Below, piece by piece: positions 49,080 through 62,893 of a stretch of DNA of 64,000 nt. The DNA is from Felis catus. Lineage: Eukaryota. Position numbers and translations under genes: made by a program. The stretch is from NCBI RefSeq assembly GCF_018350175.1, contig NC_058368.1, positions 91,886,001-91,950,000 on the forward strand. The letters run 5' to 3'. Position 1 is the stretch's first letter; every line of letters starts with the position of its first letter. The notes beneath the pieces were generated by a model. That model was not told the DNA's origin, made no database searches, and was given only the letters and a program-made list of their open reading frames with translations.

Positions 49080-49450
49080 AGGCTAGGGTGGGGGAGCATG
49101 CCCACTAAACCGTCAGTCAATGACTCTGTGCCAGATGCTTTCCTGGGTCCTTGGGCCAGCACCGAACAAGAGAGACAAGGGGAGAGAAACAATAAACCAG
49201 GAAACCAATACACCAACAGACAGGAAATGTGCTAGGAAGAGAATAAGGCAGGGACGTATTGAGAGTGCCCGCCAGGTACCTACCTGGGTGTGTATAGCTG
49301 AGATGAAATCATCAGAAGTCCCTTGGGGAAGATGACATTTGAGCTGAGACTTAAATGGTGAAAAAGATGCAGATCTTGTGGAGCAAGTGTTCCTGGAGGA
49401 AAAAAGCAAGTGCATGCAGTCATGAGGTTGGGACAACCTTGGCAAGGCCA
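49080..49450. mobile_element. L2 fragment
   Basis: ctctgtgccagatgct...gatgacatttgagctgagacttaaatg. Confidence 0.65.
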
Positions 49451-52172
49451 CAAGCAGGCAAATGAGAGGGAAACAGTGGACCGTGACGCCAGAGAGACCT
49501 CCAGAGCTCTGCGGAGTAGCATCTTGTAGGATAACAGACTGACTGAGGCCGGAGGCCACGGAAACTTGGCTTTGTGTTTATACAAAACCACAAGCTGCCT
49601 TGCCAAGGGCTCAGAGACCTCCCCCCTCCTGAAGGGAGAAAGGATGGTCAACTCCCACCCCGCCCCCACCCAAGCCCCTCCAACAGGCCAGGGAAGCAAG
49701 TGTACTTTCTGACCGCTTGCTCTCACCCTGGGAGGTCGATGGTCTCCTCCCTACTTGACAGATGAGGAAGCTGAGCTCAGAGGCTAGCAGCACTTGGCTG
49801 AGACCCAAGGCCCACCCGCAAGACAAAGCCTGGCTTAGCACACAGGCTGGGGACTCCTCTGTCACTCCACCCATCCTATCAGGAAGCAGGTCACAGCAGC
49901 AGTTGGGGGCTCAGGACTGTCTGCACGTGGGCAGGAGGGTCCTTCTTCTCTTACCACTCAGGGAAACAGGTACTTGGAGTCAATGTTCTGTTTCTCGTCC
50001 TCCACCCTTGCTTTTATCCGGCCCTGGAGCTCATGCCCCATTCCACCCCCATTATCAGATTGTTAAGACCCTTTCCTGCTCTCCCTAAAAAACAAAATGG
50101 AAAACCACGTCTAACTTAAAGACAGGAATCCGTTTCTTCAGCCCACGTTCCTTCCTATTCCTCACTCATAGGTCCATCTCATAGCTACTGTTAGAAATTA
50201 GGAAGAAAAGCATCCCCTCCTGATGAAATGTGCAATTCTGTTTCCCCGGCCAGGGGCAGCTGAATAGAGCAGGTGCCCAGCCAGGGAACTATGGTGATGG
50301 AGACCTCACCCCTGCTCTGGCAATCTCTCAGGCCTTCTGAGCCCCAGTGTCCACATTGGCGAAGTGTGAGGCTTGGCCTGGTGAAAACGTGGACACTATC
50401 AACACGGCGGGGGGGGGGGGGGGGGCATGCAATGTGGTCCTGGTCCCCTGGCCAGTGACTCTGGGGACCTGAAGCTGAGTGCAGGGCCCCCACCCACCCA
50501 GCAGCAGAGTTCAGAGGCCACAGAAGCCCCTAGTGATGTGGACAGGTGTCTATACTAGAGAGACCTCCCTGACAACAGGGCAGAAACTGGAGGAAGGGGG
50601 CCCAGATATGAGGCAGTGGCAATAATTCGCAGACGATGCATGAATCAAGACTGCCCCAGCGAGGATGGAGGGAAAGAGGGCAGGTGTCAGAAATGAGAGG
50701 TGGCAGGCATTGCAGGCCAGGTGACAGGTGAGGGACCAGGACCACAGCGCCTTCACTTGGCAGAGCCCCACCCCCTCCCCCTCCCCCAAGACCACCCGGG
50801 ACCCATCAGACAAAGTGTTCTGGAGGCTGGGGCTGGGGGCGGTGGGCAGGATTTGCCCTGTGTCTCCAGAATCAGCAATGGATGCATCGACAGCCTAGGT
50901 CCCAGGGAAAGCATAGCTCTGAGCTGAAATGTAGCATATGAGACAGGGTCTCAGCCTGGGACCAATTTTGAAATGAAAACCTCTGTTGGACCGTGTGGAA
51001 TTAATCAAGTGAACAAAAAAAAAGGGGGGGTGGGCCACAGAGCACCACACATTCATATGCTTTCTTGCACTCTCCAAGTTCAAAAACAGCTTTGATTGTA
51101 AAAATGTAATTAGTTAAATGATTCATCTGTAATATTCCAAATTCATCTGTTTTTAGATTTCGACAACCTACATCTCATTTTCATCTGCCCCCTGCAGTGA
51201 TGCTCCCCAGCTCCCCACATTCCGGGTTGAGCAGGGATGGGATGAAAGGAGGCTTCTTGAGCCCCCAGTAATGGCCCCCAGATTGGAACCTCAGGGAGAC
51301 ACAGCTGGGCCCGAGGGAAAGGGCCACCTCCCTGGGATTTCCTCCGCAGGGTCCTGCACCAGCCCAGGGTAGGCGCTCCTTGACTCAGGCCCATGGCCTC
51401 AGGCTCACTCTGTGTCCCCAGAGTCCTTTCGATCATCTCATGTGGGGTTCCCAGATGCCTTGCTTACCCTCTGAAGCTTTTTGTGTCTTCCTGGCAGTAG
51501 CAAGAGCCCCCAGCGCTAGATAATCAACCTTCTCCCCAAGTTCAGCTCTGGGAAAGCACTTAGCAGACAGTCCTGTGGGGTGGGGGGCGGCAGGGAGCCC
51601 TTTGCGGGGTGTACCTGTGGTGACACCTTTGCAGAGGGCCACTCTCCAGGCTGATTGCTGGCTGAACCTCTTCCCAGCATCCCCAAAGCAGCAAAGCACT
51701 TCTCTGCCTTGTACGGAAGAGCTTGTTGGCAGACCTGCACCAGGTCACCAAGGCAAACTCAGGCCTTCCAAGAAAATAAATTTGAGAGAAGGCAGTTATT
51801 TGGGTACAAAGGTGGTCCAGCCAGCTCCTCCTGAAGTCTGAAATCAGGGACTGGACCGTGTCTTGCTCATGTGATGGAAAGAGAATGGGCTTTGGTACTC
51901 CATAGACCATGTGGTCTCAGTCACATCCCTAACCTGTCTTTGGCTATCAGGGCAGCTGGGTAGATGACCTCACCAGAGCCATAGTGCTGGGCACACAAGC
52001 TGGGTCCAGTGAGTGACAGTTCCTGCCACCGTGATGGTCACTGACCTCAGCAGGAAGAGCCCCCGAGGCTGAAGGAACTCCTCTCGGGCCAGTGTCCCCA
52101 GTGCACAACACCCTGGCTGTGGCCAGAGGACAGGAGTCCTCAGGTACCCAGGGCAGCCTTCAGCAGGTCAAG

Positions 52173-52187
52173 AGCGCCCTCTGGTGT
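52173..52187 (-). promoter_or_regulatory. Candidate CTCF site (reverse)
   Basis: Minus strand reads ACACCAGAGGGCGCT. Confidence 0.5.
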
Positions 52188-54510
52188 GATCCCAGGTTCT
52201 GGCACCGGAGCCAGTGGGAAACTGATCATTCCTTCCCAGAGGCATCCACTTGACAGTTGGTTCTTTCAACAACTATATATTGTGTTCTCACTACGTACGA
52301 AAGACTGTGTTTGACACTTGGGATGGAATGGCAACACAAACATCCAGGGGGTCCCTACTGGATGGGGTTGTGGTTGACTGGGAGAGAGACTCAAAGCGCA
52401 TGGGGATTCCAACCTCACTGTGCGCCATGGTCAGGGCTGGGAAGGTACGGGTTACTGTGACCACCTGCAATCCGAGGCTGGCCTGGTGGGGGTCAGGGGT
52501 GCTGCCCTGAGGAAGGGAGGTGTGAGCCAAGGTCAGAAGACAAGGAGGTTCTCTCACAAAGGGAGTGGCAGAAGAGTGGCCAGAGAGAGGACACAGAGAA
52601 CAGAGAACAAGCCAGGCTGGCAGGGGAAAGGGGGGATGGGGTGGGAGGAAAGTTCAAGAGGCCAGTGACCCTGAAGCACGCAGCACCTTTGAGCTGGTTG
52701 GCTGCCTCCCCATGGGCCACAAGGTGGAGGGAATTGGCAATGGCATCCAACCTGGGAAGGATGGGATGTACACAAAAACTTGGCAAACCCATCAGGCTGC
52801 CCGGGAAGCAGTGAGTTCCCCGTCACTGGAGGTGTGCAATGGTGGCACACCCACTTCTCAGAAAGGGCGTCTAAGGAGAGGTTGGTCTTCCCACAAGGGG
52901 GCTGTTCCACCAATAGGGCCTCTTTGGGGACAGGATGGGGACAGCTTGGGGAGGCTGGCTTTGGGGGTACTTGCCAGGCACTGCTAACGCCAGAGGGGGA
53001 TGGTGAGGTGGGAAGCACGCAGGATTCAGGCTCGTGACCATGCCTGGCCTCCCCTAAGCTTCAGTTTCCTCGCCTGTGAAATGGGAATAATAAGGCAAGG
53101 GTTTTTAGCTTTTAGCTTCACCCCATTTCCTTAGTTCTCGCCCCCAGAACTGGCCCAGGGCACTCCAGTCGTTCATTAAACCACTTTCCTCTGACACCCT
53201 CTGTACACCAAGCTCCGGGCAGGGCACTGTCACATTCGGGTGGCCACTCCATCCACACCACACCCCTCCTTTCCAGAGGAGGAAACAGGCTGGGCTTCGG
53301 GGAGTTAGGCAGCTGGCTCCAAGGTCTTCAGGGAGGGGACGTAGCAAGGACATCCCGCTCCTTTGCCATGCAGGAAGGCTGGGCATGAGGAGCGGAGCCA
53401 GGGAGGCTGGTGGAGGCTGGTGTGGGAGAGAGGCCAAGTCCTAGGCAGGGGCAGGTGGGGGACTAGAGAGAGGTCTGCAGTTTGGAGAACTGGTTCAGAG
53501 CTAGAAATGCAGGCTCACGCATTCACTGATGCCTTCCTTATGTGGGCCCGCGGCGGGGGGGGGCACACGCCCCACTTAAAGGGCCCCCCTACCCCATTCA
53601 GCCCATGCACGCTGATCATTATCACAGCTTCCAATATTTCAAGAGAAGTTAGAGCTCCAAATTTTGCACAAAACCTCTGGTTTCTTAAGGGTCCCCAGCA
53701 GTTCATTCCCAGTGAGTGATAATTGTGTTATCTGGAAACTGTGGAGGGCCCATCCCACAGACCAGGGGGTGATGACCAGAGAGGCTGGAAAGTCAAACCT
53801 GAGCGACGCTGGGAGGAAGCAGGCAGATGGCCCAGCAGACTTAGGCTGAGGAGCAGGAGGGCAGAGCAGGGTGTGGCCTGGGCCTGGCCAGGACACCAGG
53901 GATCCCTCAGTGTCCGCTGTGAGCTGTCTCTGTCATTCTGTCTCCTGGTTTCTCTGTTGTACCTTCTGCCTCCCTTAGACCATCTCCGTCATGCAGTTCA
54001 AGCCACACTCCGACCATCGTCACCTAGTCGGCCGCTCGGTCCCACTAGATCCCTGCCCCGGCACTTCTGCCACCAAAATGGGTGCCCCTACCTGTCTACT
54101 ACTTCCAGTGCCTTCCACAAGAGTAGCACTGAGAGTGCCTGAGCCGGAGACAGGAGGCCAGAGGCCTCTCAGGTGGACACAGCCCAACTCACTGGCCATC
54201 TTCCATTGTCCCACATGCACTGGGAGTCAGGGCTCTTGACTCCCTTCACCCCACCCAGGAACGATTTTTCCTGCTACCTGACAGGGTAATCATGAAACTG
54301 GCAAATGTGTAATTTAAGCAGGTATTTGGGGATCGGTTCAAAGGCATAGCACCACCTCTCCCAGCCATGATGTATAATATGGACATATGTATAATTGCTT
54401 CCAGTGTGCACAGGATATACTGAGCATGCCCTCTCCCCAAAATAGAAGCCAGCTGGCTTCCCGGCCTCACGGAATCGTAGAGCTGAAAGGGACCCAGAAG
54501 ATTTTCTTTC

Positions 54511-54702
54511 TTTTTTTTTTTTTTCTTAAGTTTATTTCTTTATTTTGAGAAAGAGAGAGGGAGGGTGAGAGAGAATTGCAAGCAGGCTCCGAGTTGTCAG
54601 CACAGAGCCCCACATGAGGCTCCAACTCACAAACCGTGAGATCATGACCTGAGCCGAAATCCAGAGTCAGACGCGTAACCAACTGAGCCACCCAGACGCC
54701 CC
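54511..54702 (-). mobile_element. Can-SINE
   Basis: Typical; TSD ending agattttct. Confidence 0.9.
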
Positions 54703-54769
54703 AACCCGGGAGATTTTCTAAGCTGAGGGTTGCCAACCTAGATGCTTCTGCAGAATTGACAGGTTATCT

Positions 54770-54960
54770 GGACGGGGCAGTGGGCCCGGTGGGGAGCACT
54801 AGGGCAGGGCAGAGCCTGTGGCCCTCCGCGAGCACTTGACTCAGCCGATCGTGCCAGGCATGCAGACCCCAGGGTGTACCACCTTTCACTTTTTCTAGAA
54901 AAGTACAAACTCTGGATGTTGATGTGAAATGTCACCATTTTTAAATGTTGCAACTAATTC
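54770..54960. mobile_element. MER102-like hAT-Charlie fragment
   Basis: ctggatgttgatgtgaaatgtcaccatttttaaatgttgcaactaattc resembles recalled MER102. Confidence 0.55.
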
Positions 54961-57900
54961 AGTGAGTTTGGCTTCGGTTTTAGTTTTGGTGTTTTAACTA
55001 TACACACCAAGCCAAAGCTGGCTGTACGCCAGTGCTTCACCATACAGACCAAGAGTAGGGGCGGGGGGGTGGCAGCTTGGGCAAGCCCCTAACCTCAGCA
55101 GGTTCCCAGAACCCCACCCAGCTGGAGTCTTCATGGCTTGCTGGCTTGGGATGCAATTTATTGGTGACTCTACAGAATGCCCCAAATCCCAGGAAGAGGT
55201 CCCCGGGGAGGAACCGTGTGCCTGCACCAGGGCACCAGCCAGGCTGGACCCAAGAAGTGAGGGTCCTCTCTTTCCCTAGGGCAGAATTCAAGTCTGGGAA
55301 ATTGCTAAACCCGGACAGTCTTGCCGTGGTCCATGTGTGCGAGGAGCCTGGTCTGAGAAATCAGAACCACATTTGACCTGCCCCGAGGGGTCTGCCCACC
55401 CACTCTAATGAGGGAGCCTTCACACAGGAATGTGCATGTCCCAGGCTGAGGACCCCAGGCCCCAACAGCCTTGTAATTTGATGAATTGTCAACATCTGGG
55501 CCATAATTACTGGTCCCTGGACTGATAATCCTGGTAAGCCCCCTCATCCAGGGGCCCCATCCCGGTGCAATTTGGAGGCTCCGTTCCCTGACGGGAGCCA
55601 TCCGCATGAATTACAACGAGCAAGCGAGACGGACACCCAGCCCCAGCCAGTCTGAGCATTTACTCCTTGTCTGCATCTAAACACGCTGGTGTAGTGATTT
55701 TGGGTCAGCTCAGCAGAGAACTCTCGCACGCTGGGGGTCCTGAGGCACAGCTAACAGAGAAGAACAGAGCCAGCCCCCAGTGTAGGGTAAACAGCAGCCT
55801 TTGCTTCAGGGTTCCCCCGGGGCCGATGCACATCGAGGCACCAGCAATGGAGCCCAGCAGACTCCACGTCCCAAACTTATTTCACTAAGAAACCTTCCCT
55901 CCTTTGCCACTCTTGTTCATTTTTCTCAAAAGATGACTCTGTAGAACCCTGCTTAGGAAATCTATTCAGTGTGGGAGGGAGCGGACCCACCAAGGCACAG
56001 CCGGAGTCCCACGGTCTGCCACTGAGTCAGAGGACCACACAAGGTCACTCCGCAGGACTGCCCCTCCAAGAGCCAACGCAGACCCCACCTCCGTGTCAGC
56101 TCACCTACAGGGTCTCGTGTCTTTGGTGGGTCTGGGAGAGAAGGAGGGGAGAGGAGACAGACCTGGGACTCATCTTGAACTTGTCATCTGAGAGGAGGAC
56201 ATGTTCTCCATTTTACAGATAAGGAAACTGAGGCTCCAGGACTCTCAGGCCCCGGAGTGCAGCAGGGAGCCAAGCCCGCACACCACCCAGGGTTTTTGTT
56301 TGCCCCTCACGCATCCGGAAAGAGTGCCGGAGCTCTGCTGATCTGCATGGGGCAAGAGTGGTTTAAAGCAGAGCTGAGCCTTGTAAACAGCTGTGGGGTT
56401 TCGTGGAGGGCAGAAGGTGTTGAAAACCTCTGGTGAATTCCATGGCTTTGATCAGGCAGGAGAGGGAGCTGGAGGGAACTGAGTGCCTGTGGGTGCAGCG
56501 CTCTGGCGTCTGGCCCTCAAGATCACCTGTTCTGTGGAAGCTGAGGTTCGGAGAGAGAGTTTCACTCGTGGGCTGCCCCAAGTGCCTTCCTTCCCGCTCC
56601 TCTTGTGGGAGACGCCCACAGTCTGCAGCAGGGGATGGCTGCCCTGATGGAATAGGACCCCCGCCACCAAGGGTGTGCCTCCACCCAGGCTGGGGCTCTG
56701 CTGTTCCAGACTTCTCAGCTCCTCAGATGGCCCTCTGCTGTGCAAAGCTGGCTTGCTGTCGGCTAGGACACTCAGCCTGGATCCTGCCCCACCGTAGTCC
56801 AGCCTGACCATGCCCTCCAGCCCATGCTTGTCCTTGGCTTCCTTCAGTCCAACCCCTCACCCATCCCTGCAGTGTTTCTCCTCCCCTAAGAGCACCCAGA
56901 GCTAGGCTTGGGCTTTTCTTCAGCCCATGGAAATGCCCAGTTCATAGATGGTCCACACAGCCTCCCAGTGAGGCTGGGAACACTGCCCTCCCGGAGACCC
57001 ATGGGCAGAATGATAGTTCAGACAAGTCTTGCAGGAAAGAAACCTAATTCACAGCATGTAACCCGGTGTTTCTCAAACTTACTTGACCAGCGAACCTCTT
57101 CCTCAGGCAAGCCTCTTAACACACTCTGCAGAACAGTTTCCCTGATACCAGTTTGAGCAAGGCAGTACCAGTTTGAGCAAGGGTAGCTACGGGCAGGGCC
57201 TGTCCTCTGGGGGTTCACAGCCCAGGGCCCAGCCTTCCCCAGGATAAGAGGGATCAGTTCACTTCCCCAAGCCAGGCAGGTCCGTCTGGCTCTAAAGCCA
57301 GACTGTTTCCTTCCTCTGCCCCACTGAAGCCCCTCCTCAGTGACTCCCAGTGACCGCTGGTCACCCAGCAGCCTCTCTAAGGGTCGGCTGTTTCCCCAGA
57401 CAGGGAATTCAGGGATCTGAGCAGAGCTTTGTTGCCTAGATGTCATCAGAGATGAGCCCAGAGCCACCTGCACAGACCAGGGCCATGGCTGTGGGTCAGC
57501 TCCATCCCCAGGGACGGCTGGCACCATCTGCCCTACAAATGTGCACACATGGGTTTCTGTGTTTGCCCGGGAATCTGCTCAGCATCACATCCAACCACCC
57601 GCAGCTCCAATCTTGGGTTCCTGGGGAATGGGAACAGCTTCCCTTGAGCTGCATGGTGGACATTTCCAAGAGCACAGCTCAGGCCACACCCTCTGCTTTT
57701 ATTTATCAGAAACTACAAAATTCATTGGCTTCTTTTGAAAACTCTAAGTCCTGGGAACCAGGAGCTCTGTGATCCCAGATAGAGGCAGGGCCGTAGGAAG
57801 GAAAATGGGGGTTTTGCCACTTCTAGGCTTTCTCACACACCAGAGAGAGGCCTTGGGGACCACCAGGAATAATCTCAGAGTTGAAAGAGAGCAGAATCCC

Positions 57901-58509
57901 TCCCAGGAGATGGGAGGCCCAAGGTCACTCTCAAGAAGAGACAGCGAGGTCTGGCCATTGGAATGCTTTCAGAGACAGCCAGCAACAGGAGACTCCCCCT
58001 GTGGGGTCCAAGCCAAGGGAACATCCCAGGCTCCCTTCTGCAGCGCACACTTCTAGAAAAGCCGGCCACCTACAGCTCTGTGTGGTTTATGTCAACCCAG
58101 CAGACATCCTGGAACCAGGTCTGGGGACTCAGCGATGGACCAGAGGCACCCCCGGCCCTGGAAAGGCCCAACCCAAGATGTGTGCTCAGTGCCCAGCATG
58201 GGGCAGGAGGACTTTAGGCATCAGACCAGGTGGTCTGGACATTTTCCTTCAGGAGTGGGGCTGCCCAGAAGGGCTCAAGCAGGAGAGCCTTGCATTCTAG
58301 AAAGTTCTCCAGGGCATTGCGTGGGAGACACTACAGGTATTAGGGAAGGGCCATGGGGATGATGCTCAGGTCTCACATGTATGTGGTAGGGCTTTCCTGG
58401 AATGCGGGGAGGAGGGCTATGACGTGCCTCAGGGGCCCAAGGACCAGATTCCTCTGCAACAGGAAGACAAATGGAGCTACAGATGTCTGCTGTGCAACCC
58501 GCAGAGGGC

Positions 58510-58745
58510 TTTATTTTTTTATTTATTTTTTTATTTTTTTAACGTTTATTCATTTTCGAGAGACACAGAGAGACAGAGCATGAATGGGGGAAGGGCAGAG
58601 AGAGAGGGAGACACAGAATCCGAAGCAGGATCCAGGCTCTGAGCTGTCAGCACAGAGCCCAAAGTGGGGCTCGAACTCACGAACCGTGAGATCATGACCC
58701 GAGCTGAAGTCGGATGACCAACCGAATGAGCCACCCAGGTGCCCC
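58510..58745 (-). mobile_element. Can-SINE
   Basis: TSD cagagggcttt. Confidence 0.93.
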
Positions 58746-60138
58746 TCACAGAGGGCTTTAAAAATAAGAAAGGCAGGGATATTATGCATGTGCTTCTCCA
58801 GGCAAGGACAGCTTCCCAAAGCTGATGCCCATGGTGCTCTCTGGGAGAGGAGCTGGGGAGAAGAGAAGGTTTGCTTTGTCCCATCTCCTTCTGTACAGTT
58901 TGTAAGTTTCACTCGGTGCACATAGCACCTTTTCAGCAGAACCCCAACCCCCAACACACACACACACAGGTCAGTGACGCAGGGTGGCCTGCTACCAATG
59001 ATGAGGCCCGGGGTCATGAGCTGGCATGTGGGAAAGCCCGCATCTGATCCCAGGTGGGTCTGAATCCAAAGGCTGTCTCCTCTGTCCGCCCCACATGTCT
59101 CCTGGAGCTCAGCCACAGGGCTTTCTTCCAGAAGGATGGGGACCCAGCTCTGTGGCAGACAGCCTAGGGAGAATGCTGCTTCTCCTTGGGGAGGCTCCCA
59201 GGAGCACCATTTGAGCTGGGCCTGGAAGAATGAGTAGGAGTTCCCCAGGTGGAGGCAGAACTCTGTGCAGTGGAGGAAAACGGGAAAGCACAGCCTGGGG
59301 CCAGGAAACAGCATGGCGTGTGTAAGTGCAAGGGCCTCAAGGGGCACCAGATGTACCATGAGACTAGTGAAGCACCTCTTCCCAAACCCCAAGAGCTGTC
59401 AGGAGGTCGTGGTGTGGCAGAGTTTAGGGGAAATGGGACCAAGCCAGGGCAGGAAGCACCCTGCTGGGGAGAATAGGTAATGAGGATGCTGAGGCTCAGA
59501 GAGGTTGACTGGCTGTCCCAGGGTCACACAGCAAATGAGTTTGTCTGATCCAGCACTCTCTCTGATAGAGAGCCAGGGTGGAAGAGGGTCCAGAGAGCCC
59601 TGCCCAGAGAGGTCTGTTCAGTGGGGGAGACAGACATACCAGGAATCCCAGAAGGAAAGCAGGGCCTGTGAGGCTTCATCCTAGGTCCCCTGGAACAGCC
59701 ATCTGTCAACCCTGCTGCCCTGTGCTGCAGGAGAGGGAACACCACGTGGAGAGGGGGGCCTATTTCAGCCATGGGCTCAGCTTCTACAGCTGTGGGATGG
59801 GACTATGGTGCCTGCTTGCCAGGGCGGCAGTGAGGACAGACGCCATGAAGGGTATGGCAGGATTCAACAGAGCCCACACTGAGGCTCATCAGAGCATTCC
59901 TAAACTTGCCCTGGAGAGTCTCTGCCTCTGTGGCCCTAAGGGGCGGGGTGCCTGCTTCCCTCGGACCAGCCCTGCACTGTGTCCCAGCCCTTGTCAGGGA
60001 CACCTTGAACTCCTCATGCTCTTGCCAGTGAATTGGCTGTGAGGCCACTACCCTCCCTCCCAGCCCCCGAAGAGGAAAGAGATTAACTCAGCTCTAACTG
60101 CACCTTTGTCTCTCTTTAATTTCAGTCTGCATTACGGA

Positions 60139-60305
60139 TTTTTTTAATGTATGTATGTTTGTTTGTTTGTTTGCTTAGAGAGAGGGTGAGTGGGGGGAGG
60201 GGCAGAGAATCCCAAGCAGGCTCTGCGCTGACACGGTGCTCGATCCCACAAACCACGAGATTGAGATCATGGCCTGAGCGGAAATCAGGAGCTTCCCAGG
60301 CGCCC
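60139..60305 (-). mobile_element. Can-SINE (internally deleted)
   Basis: TSD tgcatta(c/t)ggatttttt. Confidence 0.85.
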
Positions 60306-61174
60306 TGCATTATGGATTTTTTAATCCCTTTAGATCGATAGAGGGGCGCTGTGTTTGGGCTCAGTTCAGCAGTCGACATGAGCACAAGGCCCGGACACAG
60401 AGTCCACGATGGCAGCCACACTGGCCAAGCTGGCCGGGGGCCCGCAGGCAGGCGAGGTCCAGTGGGCACTGGGATGGAGCAGGGAGCTTTGAACAGAGGC
60501 ATGCAAGGACGGGCAGATTGCGGGGAGAGTGGCCAGGAATCTAGGCGAGGCCACTGCAGGCTGCTTGAGTGCCTGAGGACACAGAACCGGAAAGCCATCC
60601 TGGGCTCTAGCCCTGCCCTGGCTGCATGGCTGTGGGCAAGGTCTTCCCTCACTTGGCTTCAGTTTCCCCCTCTGTAAGACAGGGATGATAACACCTGCCT
60701 TACAGGCTTGCTGTGGTGATTCAGACTGAGTAGGGGTCCACAAAGAGCCCCCAGAAGAGACCCAGGGTGGGACATGTCCCTGTGTGCACTGTGGCAGCAG
60801 AAGGGGCCGGGCCTGGGTGAGGCCTAGCAGGGCCTGAGCATGGGGCAGGGAGAGGAGATGCAGGGCCAAACTTTAGCAGACTAAGGACAGGAGGCCTCAG
60901 GCATGTGGACCCAGGGGTCAGGACAGCCAGGAGCCAGCAGGAGATGCCAGCTAGGGCAGTTCCTGGTCAGCCTCAGTGACTAGGGTTGGGGCTGATGACC
61001 TGATTGGGACCCCCCAGAGCCTGGACCCCCAAGACTTTGGAATGGCCCCACTCCCCACCTCCTGGGATTCCATCTACACCTAAGACATTGCCCTGAAGTC
61101 CAGAACCTCAGCTGACCTTGAGGCTGGTGGCCAGAAGCACTTAAGAGATAAATTATCAGAATTGCCCTGGTTAT

Positions 61175-61385
61175 GGGGTGCCTGGGTGGCTCAGTCGGTT
61201 AAGCATCTAGCTTTGGCTTAGGTCAGGATGTCCCAGTTTGTGAGTTCCAGCCCTGCATTGGGCTCTGTGCTGACAGCTCAGAGCCTGGAGCCTGCTTAGG
61301 ATTCTGTGTCTCCCTCTCTCTCTGCCCCTCCCCTGCTCACACTCTGTCTCGCTCTCTCAAAAATAAATAAACATTTAAAAAAATG
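61175..61385 (+). mobile_element. Can-SINE
   Basis: Typical. Confidence 0.92.
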
Positions 61386-61446
61386 AAAGGAAGGAAAGAA
61401 GGAAGGAAGGAAGGAAGGAAGGAAGGAAGGAAGGAAGGAAGGAAGG
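61386..61446. repeat. (GGAA)n microsatellite grown from the SINE tail
   Basis: 11 perfect units at 61401-61444. Confidence 0.95.
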
Positions 61447-61959
61447 AGAGAAAATGTGCTGGGTGTAGGGACAAATGGCCTGATTTCTGAGAAGTGGGGA
61501 AACCTAGAGGGCTTCATGGAAGAGGAGGTGACTGAGCTAAAGGTGACACACAAAGGTGTGCCAGGCAAGCAGGTGATGTGTGAAAAGGCTTGGGAGTGGA
61601 GCTGCCTAGAACATTGGCTGGGGTCAAGGGTGAAGTGTCCGTGAGGATGAGGAGGCAGTGGCAGGGGGGAAGAGAGGTGTTGACAGAGACTGGGTGGATC
61701 CGGTTCATGGCACTGCCCTTGGATTCCCCACATGGCGGTGGATGGAACTCAGTGGGACTTTCTGAGAGGCAATGGGTCCCCAGGTGGAGGGCGCCCACGG
61801 GAGCTGCTGTGCAGTGGTCACTGACCCTCTGCAGCCTCTGGAATATACTAGCCCTTGGGACCTGACCTTGTGCTATTTGGCTTCTCTCAGCCTTGACTTT
61901 TGCCTACGAAGGCCACAGCAATGCAGGGAACTGAAAGAACCTTCAGAACTCTTCCGCTT

Positions 61960-62320
61960 GTGTCTTAGCCTGTTTGGGCTGCTCTAACAAAGCGCCATGG
62001 CCCGGGTGGCTTAGAAACAACAGAAATCTTCTCACTGTCCTAGAGGCTGGAAGTCTGAGTTCAGCGTGCCAGTGTGGCCAGGTTCTGGTGGGGGCCCTCT
62101 TCCGGGCTGAAGACTGCCATCCCCTCGCTGTGTCCCCACATGGTGGACGAGGACCCAGGCAGCCGTCTGGAGCCTCTTTTGTAAAGGCTAATATCCCATC
62201 TGTGAAGCTCTACCCTCATGAACCTCTTCGCCTCCCCAAAGCCCCCTCCTAATGCCATCACACTGGGGGTTAGATTCCAACACATGACTTGGGGGGGGGG
62301 GACATATTCAGTCCCTACCA
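61960..62320 (-). mobile_element. MLT1A-like MaLR solo LTR
   Basis: tgtcttagcctgtttgggctgctctaacaaa...ggctggaagtctgag...cctaatgccatcacactgggggttag. Confidence 0.85.
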
Positions 62321-62866
62321 AGTTCCATGTGACAGAACTCAGTTCACACTGGCTTAAAGAAAAAACTACTGACAAACAGAAGTGTGCAGGGGTGGATGGT
62401 TTCAGCTTCAGACCCTTTGCCCCGTTTTCCTCACTGTCTCTCAGCTCTGACTTCTTCTCTGTTGGCTCTTTCTCAAGCCACATGGTACCCTCAGGAGCTC
62501 CAGCCTTAGCCCCACCAGAAGAAAAGACCCTCTTTCCCCTAAAGTGCCACCATTCAAAGCCCCAGACATGACGTTTATCCCTGAACCAAATCCCCCTGGT
62601 CGAGGGAATGCGACCACACGCCCAAGCCCCATACGAGCAGATGGGGGTGGTTCTGGAGGAGAAGTGGGGCTCTCTTGTCAGAGGAGGGGATTCTGGGCAG
62701 CAAACACCCAGACACCCCCACCCCAGGTCCGCGTGAAAGGTCTTCAGACCCATGGGCTCATGTCAGGTTTTGGTCTTTGGTGCTCAGTAGTGCCTCTGGG
62801 TCATAAAACACACAGGAAATGCCTTTCCAGTGTGTAACCTCTGCTCTCTGTCTCTCTCATTTCCAG

Positions 62867-62893
62867 GGGCCACTGGGTCTAGATGGCAAGCCG
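62867..62893 (+). CDS. COL23A1: 27-nt exon (probable exon 6): GPLGLDGKP
   Basis: ctctgtctctctcatttccag|GGGCCACTGGGTCTAGATGGCAAGCCG|gtaagt. Confidence 0.95.

Noticed and set aside
50409..50425. G17 homopolymer
   Set aside because: Isolated run, far from exons, length error-prone
58550..59392. 280-aa minus-strand ORF
   Set aside because: Runs through a SINE and decayed repeats; no recognisable domain
62061..62753. 230-aa minus-strand ORF
   Set aside because: Overlaps the MLT1 LTR; no coding signature
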